Part shown: one piece after another, positions 10,967 to 20,870 of the stretch | How the letters are laid out: the number at the start of each line of letters is the position of its first letter | Position numbering within the stretch: the stretch's first letter is position 1 | Origin: an uncultured candidatus Porisulfidus sp. | Lineage (GTDB): Bacteria; Pseudomonadota; Gammaproteobacteria; Poriferisulfidales; Oxydemutatoraceae | DNA: 64,000 bases | Assembly (NCBI GenBank): GCA_965215125.1 | Contig: OZ244052.1 | Span: 1,248,001 to 1,312,000, forward strand | Direction: 5' to 3' | Position numbers and translations under genes: made by a program | The notes under the pieces: model-generated | What the model saw: only the letters and a program-made list of their open reading frames with translations | The model's database searches: none | What the model was told of the DNA's origin: nothing

Positions 10967-12037
10967 ATGTCAGAACATCGGTGTATTATTCATTTTGATA
11001 TGGATGCTTTTTTCGCATCTATAGAACAACGCGATTTTCCCGAATATGTCGGCAAACCTATCGTGGTCGGCGGCAAGCCGGGCGAGCGTGGCGTAGTAGC
11101 AACATGTAGTTATGAGGCGCGCCCTTTCGGTGTACATTCGGCAATGCCGTCGTCAACCGCCGCCCGTTTGTGTCCGCAAGCAATTTTTGTAAAACCTCGT
11201 TTTGAAGTTTATAGGCAGGTCTCCGCACAAATACGAGAAATCTTTCATTGCTACACCGATATTGTAGAAATGCTATCGCTGGACGAAGCTTATTTAGATG
11301 TCGGCAACTCGGTAGCGGATATCAACGCTGCCGGTAATCTTGCCTACCGGGTTAAAAAACAAGTGCTCGACGAGACTCAACTCACCGTATCGGCAGGTGT
11401 TTCTTATAATAAGTTTTTGGCTAAAATCGCATCGGATATGGATAAGCCGGACGGCTGCTACCTCGTCGCTCCCGATAACGGTTTGGATTTTGTTGCCCGT
11501 CTGCCGATCGGTCGTTTTCACGGCATAGGCAAGGTTACGCAAAAGCGTATGCAGGAGATGGGAATCGAAAACGGCTCGGACCTTAGACGATGCACGCGTG
11601 AGTTACTGGTTGCAACCTTCGGCAAAGCAGGCCATTATTATTACGATGCCGCACGCGGCGTAGACCACAGAGAAGTGGTTCCGGAGCGTCCGCGTAAATC
11701 TATAGGGGCAGAGACTACCTTTAGAAGCGACCTCGTGAAAGAAAAAGTTATTCAAGAGGAGTTAAAACAGTATGCAACCAAGGTTGCCCGCATACTTGCG
11801 GCGCGCAACTTGAGCGGAAGAACGGTCACCTTAAAAGTCAAATATGCGAATTTTCAGCAAATCACCCGTAGCCATACCCTAGATCATCCGTTGAGCGGTT
11901 TGAAAGAAATGTGGTCTGTATTACACGGGCTACTGCAAAAAACGGAAATCGGCAAACGACCGATACGCTTGCTCGGAGTCGCAGTGTCTAATTTGTGTGC
12001 TTCCGGCTCGTTGCGTCAAGAACAACTAAAGTTTTAA
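10967..12037 (+). CDS. dinB: DNA polymerase IV
   Basis: IIHFDMDAFFASIEQ, SYEAR, SLDEAYLD, C-terminal clamp-binding QLKF. Confidence 0.96.
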   Translation: MSEHRCIIHFDMDAFFASIEQRDFPEYVGKPIVVGGKPGERGVVATCSYEARPFGVHSAMPSSTAARLCPQAIFVKPRFEVYRQVSAQIREIFHCYTDIVEMLSLDEAYLDVGNSVADINAAGNLAYRVKKQVLDETQLTVSAGVSYNKFLAKIASDMDKPDGCYLVAPDNGLDFVARLPIGRFHGIGKVTQKRMQEMGIENGSDLRRCTRELLVATFGKAGHYYYDAARGVDHREVVPERPRKSIGAETTFRSDLVKEKVIQEELKQYATKVARILAARNLSGRTVTLKVKYANFQQITRSHTLDHPLSGLKEMWSVLHGLLQKTEIGKRPIRLLGVAVSNLCASGSLRQEQLKF

Positions 12038-12230
12038 CCACTTATCCCTCTGTAGGTGGTTTGCGTAATTATGTGGCGCAAGACGGTTGATGATATTCCT
12101 CCAAAAATGGACAAAAAAGCCGTGTTATCTATCGGCCTGTCGAATAATCAAGAGAGTAATGAGCAATAAAGATATCATGGCTTTACCGGCGCATGCTTGT
12201 ATTATAAAAGACGGTTCTGTGTCAATTCCC

Positions 12231-13148
12231 TTAAGTGTGCCAATCGTATCCCGAGAAAAAATCATATTTTTCAGTAAGCGATGCTATAGCCTGTTTTTCG
12301 TCTTCTGTCCAATCACATTCATAACGACTCTTATGAGGTTTTTTATTAACTACAGAGGCGCAGTCATCTAGATAATCGGGAGAGGCGGGTACTTGTAAAA
12401 AATCACAAATTTTAGCTAATTCTGAGCGAGGATCTGCAACCATATTTTCATGCCTCGCTATAAATATATCTCTAGAATCAGTTTGTTTAAGTAACTTTTC
12501 ACTTTTTTTAGACAACCTCAACAAAGTACCTATCGTATCAGAACCACTAAATCTTGTCCTTGTAGCATACATATCGTAAGGGTTGCGAACCGTAAGAATT
12601 AATTTCATTGCAATGTTTCTTTTCTTAAGGGTATTTTTGAGCATTTCCAGTGTGGGATTATTATTTAGAAACTTCATATTTCTTACAGAAGCTTTATTCC
12701 CTATAATATTCAGTTGTTTGAAAGAACCTTGATGCTGATTAAGAATTAATATAGCACCCGCTATTCTAGCTCGTCTGAGAACAACTTTCGTCCGATTGCG
12801 GCTTGACAATTTTTTTTTGACTTTAGCCAAACGCAATTTTTCAAGCCACAGATTATAATCAGAGTTCAAAATATAACAAAATATTCCGTCTAGATTGGTT
12901 TTTAGTTTGATTTTTTTGTCAATATAGGGAGCTTCGTCGGCAATGACTATATTAGAATGTGCCGTTAGCAAATAACCGAGTAATGAAGAACCAGCTCGAG
13001 GGAAGCCTATTGTAAGCAACATTATCTGCACATCTCTCAAAGAGTTTTTCAAAACTACTTTTTTAGGAAAAGCGAGGAAATCATATATGTATATATTATA
13101 TAAATACCGCTTTTTTTTTATATTAATAGCGTTGTTAAGAAATCGCAT
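12231..13148 (-). CDS. Sulfotransferase family protein (AT-rich)
   Basis: 5'-PSB loop GFPRAGSSLL, LTAH, VRNPYD, RHENMVADP..ELAKICDFL; start uncertain. Confidence 0.75.
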   Translation of the reverse strand: MRFLNNAINIKKKRYLYNIYIYDFLAFPKKVVLKNSLRDVQIMLLTIGFPRAGSSLLGYLLTAHSNIVIADEAPYIDKKIKLKTNLDGIFCYILNSDYNLWLEKLRLAKVKKKLSSRNRTKVVLRRARIAGAILILNQHQGSFKQLNIIGNKASVRNMKFLNNNPTLEMLKNTLKKRNIAMKLILTVRNPYDMYATRTRFSGSDTIGTLLRLSKKSEKLLKQTDSRDIFIARHENMVADPRSELAKICDFLQVPASPDYLDDCASVVNKKPHKSRYECDWTEDEKQAIASLTEKYDFFSGYDWHT

Positions 13149-13165
13149 CTGTCAACTATTTTACT

Positions 13166-13535
13166 TTAGGTTACTTTGAAGGTGGTATACATTCGCTCTC
13201 TATTAAATACTGAAGGCTCTCGGATTATATCAAAGGTATCACCGTTCACCAACACCTCCATAGGCTTGGGTCTAGTATTGTAGTTTCCGGACATACTAAC
13301 GCCGTAAGCACCGGTTGATAGTGCGGCGAGTAAATCGTTTGGGTGTAAAACTAACCGGCACCGATAGCCCAAAACATCTGCGCTTTCGCATACCGGCCCC
13401 ATGATATCATAGTCTTTATGTGTACTTTGTGTGCTTTAACCGGCACGATGTCGTGCTACGTCTGATATAACGAAAGGCGTAACAGGTCGTTCAACGCCAC
13501 TTGCGCTACTGCAACAAGTGGCGATTCTGTGTGCT
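13166..13535 (-). pseudogene. lysA: 3' remnant of diaminopimelate decarboxylase
   Basis: ALNDLLRLSLYQT*HDIVPV, frameshift, then YDIMGPVCESADVLG...GAYGVSMSGNYNTRP; N-terminal barrel absent. Confidence 0.8.
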
Positions 13536-13563
13536 AAAATCCCTTTCGGGTAGTTTTCTTTAT

Positions 13564-13636
<73 letters not shown>

Positions 13637-13647
13637 CCGGTTCAAGC

Positions 13648-13723
13648 GCGCCCGTAGCTCAGTGGATAGAGCGCTGCCCTCCGGAGGCAGAAGTCGCAGG
13701 TTCGAATCCTGCCGGGCGCGCCA
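13648..13723 (+). tRNA. tRNA-Arg(CCG)
   Basis: GCGCCCG acceptor stem, CTCCGGA anticodon loop, GTTCGAATC, terminal CCA. Confidence 0.96.
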
Positions 13724-13731
13724 TTCAGACA

Positions 13732-15333
13732 TTATTGCGTGTTCCAATGCAAGGTTTCACGCAGTTTGACCTTTAATAGCAATAAGGCTATGAAATAAAA
13801 GCCGGCACCTAATATAATCGTGCCTGCCAGCGCGGCGACGCGATACACCGCATCCCATACATTCCAATCGGGCAACCGATGTATAAGGTATATCAGTAGT
13901 AATCCCATAAGCAAAGAGGCGACCAGTATCTTCTTGATAAGCGCGCTTGTTTCTGCATTGATACGAAATATACGATGGCGGACGAGTGCACGATACAGTA
14001 AAAAACTATTCAATAGTGCCGATAAACTGGTTGCTAATGCCAATGCAGCATGCGGCGCAAGCAAGCCTATGTATTGCCACAATAAGACCAGCACGATATT
14101 CAACGCAATGTTGCTCAGCATGGCAACGACGGCAATCCGCATCGGGAGTTTGGTGTTTTGATGAGCAAAAAAAGCACAAGAAAATATCTTAATGAGCATA
14201 AACATAGGCAAACCTAGTGCATAAGCGATTAGGCTAATGCTCACCATCAGCGTATCGTCGTAGGTGAATTGACGGTATTGTATCAACGAGATTAGTATGG
14301 GTTGCGCCAATACGACGAGTCCGACCACACAGGGGAAAGCGAGCATCATCGCAGCGCGCACTCCCCAATCCATGGTTTGTTGAAAGTACTTTAGATCGGA
14401 GGCAACCCGATGCGCAGACAGCCGTGCCAACAACACCGTGCTGATGGCAATCCCGAAAACTCCCATCGGCAATTCCACGAAGCGATCCGAGATATAAAGC
14501 CAGCTAATACTGCCGGCAACGAGGAAAGATGCTATCAATGTATCGAACAAAAGATTGACTTGTACGATTGCGGAGCTAAAGATTGCCGGAAGCATCAATC
14601 GTCCTACCCGTCGCACGCCCTTATGTCGGAAATCCAACCTAAATCCGAAAGTCCAGTCAATACGCTTTAGCCAAAGCACGACAAAAGACAGTTGCGCAAT
14701 GCCGGCGACCAAAACTCCCCATGCGAGAGCGGTTATGGGTTCGTCCATCTTGGGTGCCACCCATAGTGTCGCGGTGATCAAGGATAGATTCATCAATACC
14801 GGTGTGAAAGCCGGTGCCCCGAAATGACCATAGCTGTTGAGTATGCCGGTGGCAAGTGCGGTTAAAGAAATGAATAACACATAAGGAAAAGTGATGCGTA
14901 GCATTTGTGCCGACAAATCAAATCTATCACCTTCGTCTATAAAGCCGGGGGCAAAGACGGCAATTAATACAGGTGCTACGAGTATTCCGACGACGGTGAT
15001 AACCAGCAATATCATGCCGAGGGTGCCGGCAGCACAATCTGCAAACCTATGCAATTCGGTAGGGCTACGATGTGTTTTATATTCTTGGAACACCGGTACG
15101 AAAGCCTGAGAGAGTGCACCTTCTCCGAAAAGCCGTCGCATCAAATTGGGTAATCTGAAGGCGACTAGAAAAGCATCGGTAGCACCACCGGCTCCGAAGA
15201 CAATAAAAATGATCGCATCTCTGGTATAGCCTAAAACGCGCGACAGCATAGTCAAAAGACTGAAAGAAGCCGTTGATTTAAGCAGCTTTTTTCCTAATCC
15301 GGGCGATTTTGTATCGGTTGCGATTTGCGTCAA
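13732..15333 (-). CDS. murJ: Lipid II flippase MurJ
   Basis: SRVLGYTRD, DAFLVAFRLPNLMRRLFGEGA, DRFVELPMG. Confidence 0.95.
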   Translation of the reverse strand: MTQIATDTKSPGLGKKLLKSTASFSLLTMLSRVLGYTRDAIIFIVFGAGGATDAFLVAFRLPNLMRRLFGEGALSQAFVPVFQEYKTHRSPTELHRFADCAAGTLGMILLVITVVGILVAPVLIAVFAPGFIDEGDRFDLSAQMLRITFPYVLFISLTALATGILNSYGHFGAPAFTPVLMNLSLITATLWVAPKMDEPITALAWGVLVAGIAQLSFVVLWLKRIDWTFGFRLDFRHKGVRRVGRLMLPAIFSSAIVQVNLLFDTLIASFLVAGSISWLYISDRFVELPMGVFGIAISTVLLARLSAHRVASDLKYFQQTMDWGVRAAMMLAFPCVVGLVVLAQPILISLIQYRQFTYDDTLMVSISLIAYALGLPMFMLIKIFSCAFFAHQNTKLPMRIAVVAMLSNIALNIVLVLLWQYIGLLAPHAALALATSLSALLNSFLLYRALVRHRIFRINAETSALIKKILVASLLMGLLLIYLIHRLPDWNVWDAVYRVAALAGTIILGAGFYFIALLLLKVKLRETLHWNTQ

Positions 15334-15361
15334 TTTATCAAAGCCTTTTCAGAGTATACGA

Positions 15362-16474
15362 TTAGGCGTTTTGCCGATGGCACCACAACTTGGGGTCAAG
15401 TTGTTCGTTAAATCTGCGTATTTCAAAATACAAGCCGGTATCGCCGGAGGTTCCGCCGTTGCCTACCTCTGCAATACGCTCCCCGGTTCGCACACTATCT
15501 CCTACTTCCTTATAGAGTGTTTCGTTGTTTGCATAAAGCGACATATAACCGTCCCCGTGGTCAATGATTAATAGCATGCCGTAGCTACGGAACCAATCAC
15601 TGAATACTACATGGCCGTCGTAGATACTTTTGACTTTCGTGTCGGCAGTAGCCGGCAAAAAAATTCCCGGCAGTTTTTTATTGTCGCTTCGTATAGTGAT
15701 AGGTCTGTCCAAGGGCCAGGGTAAGCTACCCTTGAGTGTGCCGAATTGTAATACCGAAGCCGACGATGTTCCAAACCGCGCAATGAGTCGTTGCAGTTCT
15801 TCGGCATCTTTTTGTAGCGTGGCAATCGCAATCTGTTCTTGCGTGATCTTCTGCTCTAAGGTATTGATTATCTCTTGTTTCTTTTGTCGTTTCTGTTCAA
15901 TTTCTCGTACTATCCGCTGTTGTCGTGCGTGTTCCAGTTCTAGGGCGCGGTTTTGCACCTTGAGTTCCGTTCGTATCTCCGATAGATGCGATAATTGTTC
16001 CGAAAGTTCGGATAATTTATTTGCTCTTTCCCGATTAAAGTAATCGTAATAGACCGCCCTTCGTTCAAAGCCACGCCAGTCGTCGGCACCGAGTAAATAG
16101 CTAAACCGCCGGGTTCGCACATCGTGTTGCATAGAGCGCAAGCCCGACTTAAGCGAGGATAAGTGATCGGCGTGCTGCTCGGACAAGTCTTCGGCTTGTT
16201 CGGTGAGCGTGGATAATTTTGATTTCAATTCGGAAAGATTCTTAACCGATTTTTCATAACCGCGTTTGGCATCACTAAGACTGCGCGCACTGTATCCTAA
16301 TTGTTGTTGTAATTGTTCAAGTGCCTTAGACGCAGAACCTAGATCGCGTTGCTTTTCAAGCACTTGCGATTCGATGGATTGTAGGCGCTCATCGTAAGTT
16401 TGAGGGTAAGCTGCCGTTCCTGCGCATAATGCGAAAAACAATGCGATTAGCCTTAATTTATGTTGCGAAATCAT
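15362..16474 (-). CDS. envC: Murein hydrolase activator EnvC (coiled coil + degenerate M23)
   Basis: Signal peptide, long coiled coil, LPWP, IIDHGDGYMSLY, LYFEIR. Confidence 0.85.
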   Translation of the reverse strand: MISQHKLRLIALFFALCAGTAAYPQTYDERLQSIESQVLEKQRDLGSASKALEQLQQQLGYSARSLSDAKRGYEKSVKNLSELKSKLSTLTEQAEDLSEQHADHLSSLKSGLRSMQHDVRTRRFSYLLGADDWRGFERRAVYYDYFNRERANKLSELSEQLSHLSEIRTELKVQNRALELEHARQQRIVREIEQKRQKKQEIINTLEQKITQEQIAIATLQKDAEELQRLIARFGTSSASVLQFGTLKGSLPWPLDRPITIRSDNKKLPGIFLPATADTKVKSIYDGHVVFSDWFRSYGMLLIIDHGDGYMSLYANNETLYKEVGDSVRTGERIAEVGNGGTSGDTGLYFEIRRFNEQLDPKLWCHRQNA

Positions 16475-16522
16475 CGGTAACTATTATATGAGACCATTGC
16501 GTATTATAATGTAATCAGGAAG

Positions 16523-16903
16523 ATGTTATCAGGTAGTTATATGGAGATACTAGAAAGCACTACAAATATTAATAATACCATGCCGACCGGCAATATGGAT
16601 CAGATTATAGAAGAGGCTGCCGAAACCTTAAAAGCAATGGCACACCCCTTGCGTCTTAAGATACTCTGTATCTTGGACAGCAGCGAAATGAGCGTGCAGG
16701 AGCTGGTAGAAAAGGTGGGAACTTCTCAAAGTAATGTTTCGCAACACCTATCTATATTGAAAGAAAAAGGTGTGTTAGCTAGCAGAAAGGAAATCAATCG
16801 TGTACTATATCGAATCGGAGATCAGCGCACTTTGCTACTGATAGATATGATGCATAAGGTGTTCTGCTCGCATGCCTCTAACGATAACGGTACTTTAAGA
16901 TAA
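16523..16903 (+). CDS. ArsR/SmtB family transcriptional regulator
   Basis: LKAMAHPLRLKIL, TSQSNVSQHL; start uncertain. Confidence 0.88.
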   Translation: MLSGSYMEILESTTNINNTMPTGNMDQIIEEAAETLKAMAHPLRLKILCILDSSEMSVQELVEKVGTSQSNVSQHLSILKEKGVLASRKEINRVLYRIGDQRTLLLIDMMHKVFCSHASNDNGTLR

Positions 16904-16907
16904 AAGT

Positions 16908-17336
16908 ATGCAAACCGATTATATGGATTTTGTTGCCGATAATTTATTTCTGGTGACACTGTTATTGATATTGTTGACGGCGATCGTTATTACGGAAGCC
17001 AAAAAGCTGACGAAGAAATATAAGGATTTAACACCCACCGAGGTAGTGCAAATGATAAATCATGAAAATGCGGTTATGTTGGATGTGCGTGAAGCCACCG
17101 AACTCGGTGGCAGTGGAATACGCGATGCAAAGCATGTGTCGTTTAGCACACTGGGCGACCGTTTTTCCGAGTTGGCGAAGTTAAAAGACAAACCGGTGAT
17201 TGCTTTTTGCATGAACGGATTTAAGTCGCCTAAAGCGTGTGGCTTGCTTTGTAAGCAAGGTTTTACTAAAGTGTATAGCTTGAAAGGAGGTATTACGGCA
17301 TGGAAAGAGGCGAACATGCCGGTTGTAAAAAAATGA
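16908..17336 (+). CDS. Rhodanese-like membrane protein (YibN type)
   Basis: TM anchor, LDVRE, LKGGITAW; upstream of grxC-secB. Confidence 0.85.
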   Translation: MQTDYMDFVADNLFLVTLLLILLTAIVITEAKKLTKKYKDLTPTEVVQMINHENAVMLDVREATELGGSGIRDAKHVSFSTLGDRFSELAKLKDKPVIAFCMNGFKSPKACGLLCKQGFTKVYSLKGGITAWKEANMPVVKK

Positions 17337-17605
17337 GTAAAGCTAAAGTCTTAATTTATACTTCGGCAAACTGCCCCTATTGCGCATGGTCTAAGCGGTT
17401 ACTCGATAAAAAGCAAGCAAGCTACGATGAGATAAGAGTAGATCAAGACGAGGTAGCTAGAACAGAGTTGCAAGCGCGTACCGAGCGCACATCGGTGCCG
17501 CAGATATTCATAGATGATTTTCATGTGGGTGGATATCAGGATATGGTGGAACTCGATCAGGAAGGCAAACTGGATAAACTGTTGGGCGGTGAGTCTGCAC
17601 TATAA
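17333..17605 (+). CDS. grxC: Glutaredoxin 3
   Basis: CPYC, SVPQIFI, HVGG; ATGA overlap with the upstream gene. Confidence 0.92.
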   Translation: MSKAKVLIYTSANCPYCAWSKRLLDKKQASYDEIRVDQDEVARTELQARTERTSVPQIFIDDFHVGGYQDMVELDQEGKLDKLLGGESAL

Positions 17606-17650
17606 GTTTCAGGTTTAATCAATGTTTAAGAACATAGCGAGACTAAGAAT

Positions 17651-18091
17651 ATGATAGAAATAAAACACATATATGTTAAGGATGCTTCTTTTGAATCTCC
17701 GCATGCACCACAGATACTAGAGACACAATGGAGCCCCAATGTAGATATCAAGTTGCACAGTCTTAACACGAAGATGGAAGGAAATGACGATCTATACGAG
17801 TCCATTCTTCATGTTACGGTAACCGCAAAACACGACGAGACGACCATTTTTATGGTCGAAATCGAACAAGCCGGAGTGTTTCAAATATCCGAACTTATGG
17901 GCGAAGAATTAGATAAAACCTTACAGGTGGAGTGTCCTAATATCCTTTTCCCGTATGCGCGAGAAGCCATATCAAGCATGGTTTCTAAAGGTGGGTTTCC
18001 ACAGTTGCTGATGGCACCGATCAATTTTGAAAGCATATACATACAAAAGAACTACGCAAAAAACGAGCAGGTGACGAGTAAGCCCCATTAA
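17651..18091 (+). CDS. secB: Protein-export chaperone SecB
   Basis: IYVKDASFESP, CPNILFPYARE, GGFPQL. Confidence 0.95.
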   Translation: MIEIKHIYVKDASFESPHAPQILETQWSPNVDIKLHSLNTKMEGNDDLYESILHVTVTAKHDETTIFMVEIEQAGVFQISELMGEELDKTLQVECPNILFPYAREAISSMVSKGGFPQLLMAPINFESIYIQKNYAKNEQVTSKPH

Positions 18092-18109
18092 GCGGCTACA
18101 CCGCATACG

Positions 18110-19108
18110 ATGCACAGTTTAACGATTATCGGTGCAGGTATATGGGGGACGGCACTTGCCGTACAATTTGCCGAGCGTGGATGCAAGGTTAATCTATGGG
18201 GGCGCAATCAAACACTGATGAAAAAAATGGTAGCCAGCAGCTACAACGAAACCTACCTTCCGAACACCAGATTACCCGATGAAATTAAATGTCATCAAGA
18301 CTTTGCGACGGCGATTGCCGACGGTGACATCCTTTTATTCGCAACCCCGACTGCGACGATACGCCGCCTGATTGAGCGTATCAACCCGATACTCGATGAG
18401 CGACATCAAGGGATTGCTTGGGCGTGTAAGGGTGTGGAAGCGGATAGCGGTCGTTGGATACACGAAGTCGTCTCGGAAACGCTCGGCAACCAACTGCCGT
18501 TGGCAGCCGTGTCGGGACCCTCTTTTGCACACGAAGTAGCAGCGGGTCTACCGACGGCATTGGTCATCGCTTGCGAACAAAAATCTTTTGCCGATATGCT
18601 TGCCGAATTATTGCACGGCGACAGGCTGCGTGTTTATACAACCGACGATATGATCGGTGTAGAATGTGGTGGTGCGTTGAAAAACATCATTGCGATTGCC
18701 GCCGGTATAGCCGACGGACTGGCATTAGGAGAAAATGCCAAAGCGGCACTTATCACCCGTGGTATAAACGAAGCGATTCGCTTTACCGAAGCGGTAGGGG
18801 GACGCGCCGAGACGATAGTCGGATTGGCAGGAATAGGCGATATTGTGTTGTCGTGTGCAAGCAACCGATCCCGTAATCAAAATTTCGGTAGAATGATTGT
18901 AGAATACGGGGGTGCTCGCAAAGCGCGCGAGCAGAATACCAAGGTGGTTGAAGGTGTAGACGCTACAGAGGCGGTGTTGAAGATAGCCCATCGGCACAAA
19001 ATAGAAATGCCCATCTGTGAACAGATTGCATTGATTTTAGCCGATCGGATTCGTGCCGAAGCGGCGGTGGAACAACTGCTCCGGCGGCAAGCACCTTTCA
19101 AACCGTAA
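18110..19108 (+). CDS. gpsA: NAD(P)H glycerol-3-phosphate dehydrogenase
   Basis: GAGIWGTALA, SGPSFA, GGALKN, SRN. Confidence 0.95.
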   Translation: MHSLTIIGAGIWGTALAVQFAERGCKVNLWGRNQTLMKKMVASSYNETYLPNTRLPDEIKCHQDFATAIADGDILLFATPTATIRRLIERINPILDERHQGIAWACKGVEADSGRWIHEVVSETLGNQLPLAAVSGPSFAHEVAAGLPTALVIACEQKSFADMLAELLHGDRLRVYTTDDMIGVECGGALKNIIAIAAGIADGLALGENAKAALITRGINEAIRFTEAVGGRAETIVGLAGIGDIVLSCASNRSRNQNFGRMIVEYGGARKAREQNTKVVEGVDATEAVLKIAHRHKIEMPICEQIALILADRIRAEAAVEQLLRRQAPFKP

Positions 19109-19149
19109 TAACTTATGCCGTGTATAAAAAATTTCGGTGATATTTGAGC

Positions 19150-20118
19150 ATGTCAAAAAATGCCGCCCCTAAAAATCCCGAATTAGGGATAGAGTTTTGC
19201 AACTTAGATTTTAATTCCCCTTTAGTACTGTTATCGGGATGTGTAGGTTTCGGCGACGAGTATACTCGCGTAGACGGATTCTCGCTTGAAGAAGTCGGTG
19301 CGGTATGTCTCAAGGGCACAACTTTGGAAAAACGTATCGGCAATCCCACCCATAGGGTTGCCGAGACCGACGACGGTATGCTCAATGCAATCGGCTTACA
19401 AAATCCAGGCATCGATGTGTTGGTTGACGATATATTGCCGACATTGGATTTTTCTAAAACCCGCTACATTGCCAACATCGCAGGCACTTACATTGAAGAG
19501 TACGGCGAGTTGGCACGCCGCCTCGACGATACCGAAATTGATGCAATAGAGATTAATATATCGTGTCCTAATGTGAAAAAAGGTGGCACCGAGTTCGGTA
19601 ACGACCCCACGGTCTCGGCACAAATCGTAGAGGTTTGCCGTAAAGCGACCTCTAAAACGCTGATCACCAAACTTTCTCCCAATCAAACCGATATTGCCGA
19701 GAATGCGAGACGTTGTTTGGAAGCCGGTAGCGATGCCTTTGCGGTTATTAATACGATTTCAGGTATGAAGATAGACATAGATAAGCGGATGCCGGTATTG
19801 GGCAACGATTGCGGTGGTTTGTCGGGCCCGGCGATTAAACCGATAGCACTGCTTAAAGTATTTGAGGTTTATCAAGTGTGCCGTGCGCACCGCATACCGA
19901 TTATCGGGCAAGGCGGCGTAGTCGACGGACAAGATGCGATTGAGTTTATGCTGGCAGGTGCGACCGCGGTCGGCATAGGCACCGCTTTGTTTTATGAACC
20001 ACTGATTTGTGCAAAAATAAATCGGGATATTGCCGCCTATCTGATTAAACATAAATTATCAAATGTTCAAGCACTAATCGGCTCTCTAAAGACCCACCGA
20101 CTCCCGGGGCATCAGTGA
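19150..20118 (+). CDS. pyrD: Dihydroorotate dehydrogenase, family 1 catalytic subunit
   Basis: NAIGLQNPG, EINISCPN, KLSPN, GGLSGPAIKP. Confidence 0.9.
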   Translation: MSKNAAPKNPELGIEFCNLDFNSPLVLLSGCVGFGDEYTRVDGFSLEEVGAVCLKGTTLEKRIGNPTHRVAETDDGMLNAIGLQNPGIDVLVDDILPTLDFSKTRYIANIAGTYIEEYGELARRLDDTEIDAIEINISCPNVKKGGTEFGNDPTVSAQIVEVCRKATSKTLITKLSPNQTDIAENARRCLEAGSDAFAVINTISGMKIDIDKRMPVLGNDCGGLSGPAIKPIALLKVFEVYQVCRAHRIPIIGQGGVVDGQDAIEFMLAGATAVGIGTALFYEPLICAKINRDIAAYLIKHKLSNVQALIGSLKTHRLPGHQ

Positions 20119-20855
20119 TTATTTCGCATAGGCTCAAAGTAATACACATAAAGTTAATAAAGGTGGCCGGCAGTTCTTTTGAGACGGCACTCTCAAAATA
20201 CTGCGGCCCTAACGATGTGCTGTCTAGGATACATGGGCCGGACATGAAACTGCGAGAGACTTTAGGATTTCCTTCTGCACAAAACTATGAGCCTTTTATG
20301 GTAAGAAATCGCATAGATCATTTAGATGCCGATAAAATAAAAGAATTAATCGGACCGTACCTTTTTGATAATTATCTAAAGATAGCAATTATACGGAACC
20401 CATACCAAAAAGCTATTTCATGGTATTTTTGGAAAAAAAGGCGTGAAAAGCTAAGCGAGATAAAAGAAGACTTTGAAGAATTTATAGCTTCCAGCTGTCG
20501 TGAAAAAAGGATCAGATTCAGCCCCTTTCTGGATTATTATCAGATACATATTGACGGGAAGTCGGTCGCTGATTTTATAATTAGATATGAACGCTTGAAT
20601 GAGGATATCAAAAAGCTGGAAGAGAAAATAGTATGTCCCGGTTTACTGGAAACATTTTTAAGCCTTAACGCGAAAAGGAATATACGTCCTGAAAAAACGA
20701 CTTCCCTTTATGATGTATATTCCAAATATCCGAAAGCGAAGGCGATGATAGACGAGGTGTATTACAGACATTCGGACAAATACGAATTAATGCAAGAATA
20801 TTGGCCGGCGTATAAAGCCGAATTAGATGCCATTTTAGGGCGCATTTCCAAGTAG
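20115..20855 (+). CDS. Sulfotransferase family 2 protein, tandem copy 1
   Basis: IISHRLKVIHIKLIKVAGSS, IRNPY..AIS.Y, DFIIRYE. Confidence 0.78.
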   Translation: MIISHRLKVIHIKLIKVAGSSFETALSKYCGPNDVLSRIHGPDMKLRETLGFPSAQNYEPFMVRNRIDHLDADKIKELIGPYLFDNYLKIAIIRNPYQKAISWYFWKKRREKLSEIKEDFEEFIASSCREKRIRFSPFLDYYQIHIDGKSVADFIIRYERLNEDIKKLEEKIVCPGLLETFLSLNAKRNIRPEKTTSLYDVYSKYPKAKAMIDEVYYRHSDKYELMQEYWPAYKAELDAILGRISK

Positions 20856-20870
20856 TTTATTAGGGTATAG

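Noticed and set aside
12087-12371. 94-aa ORF and a TTGACA...TATAAT pair near 12200-12226
   Set aside because: The ORF overlaps the sulfotransferase antisense and has no motifs; the promoter spacer is only 13 bp; the nearby AATTCCC has no partner TIR that I could find.
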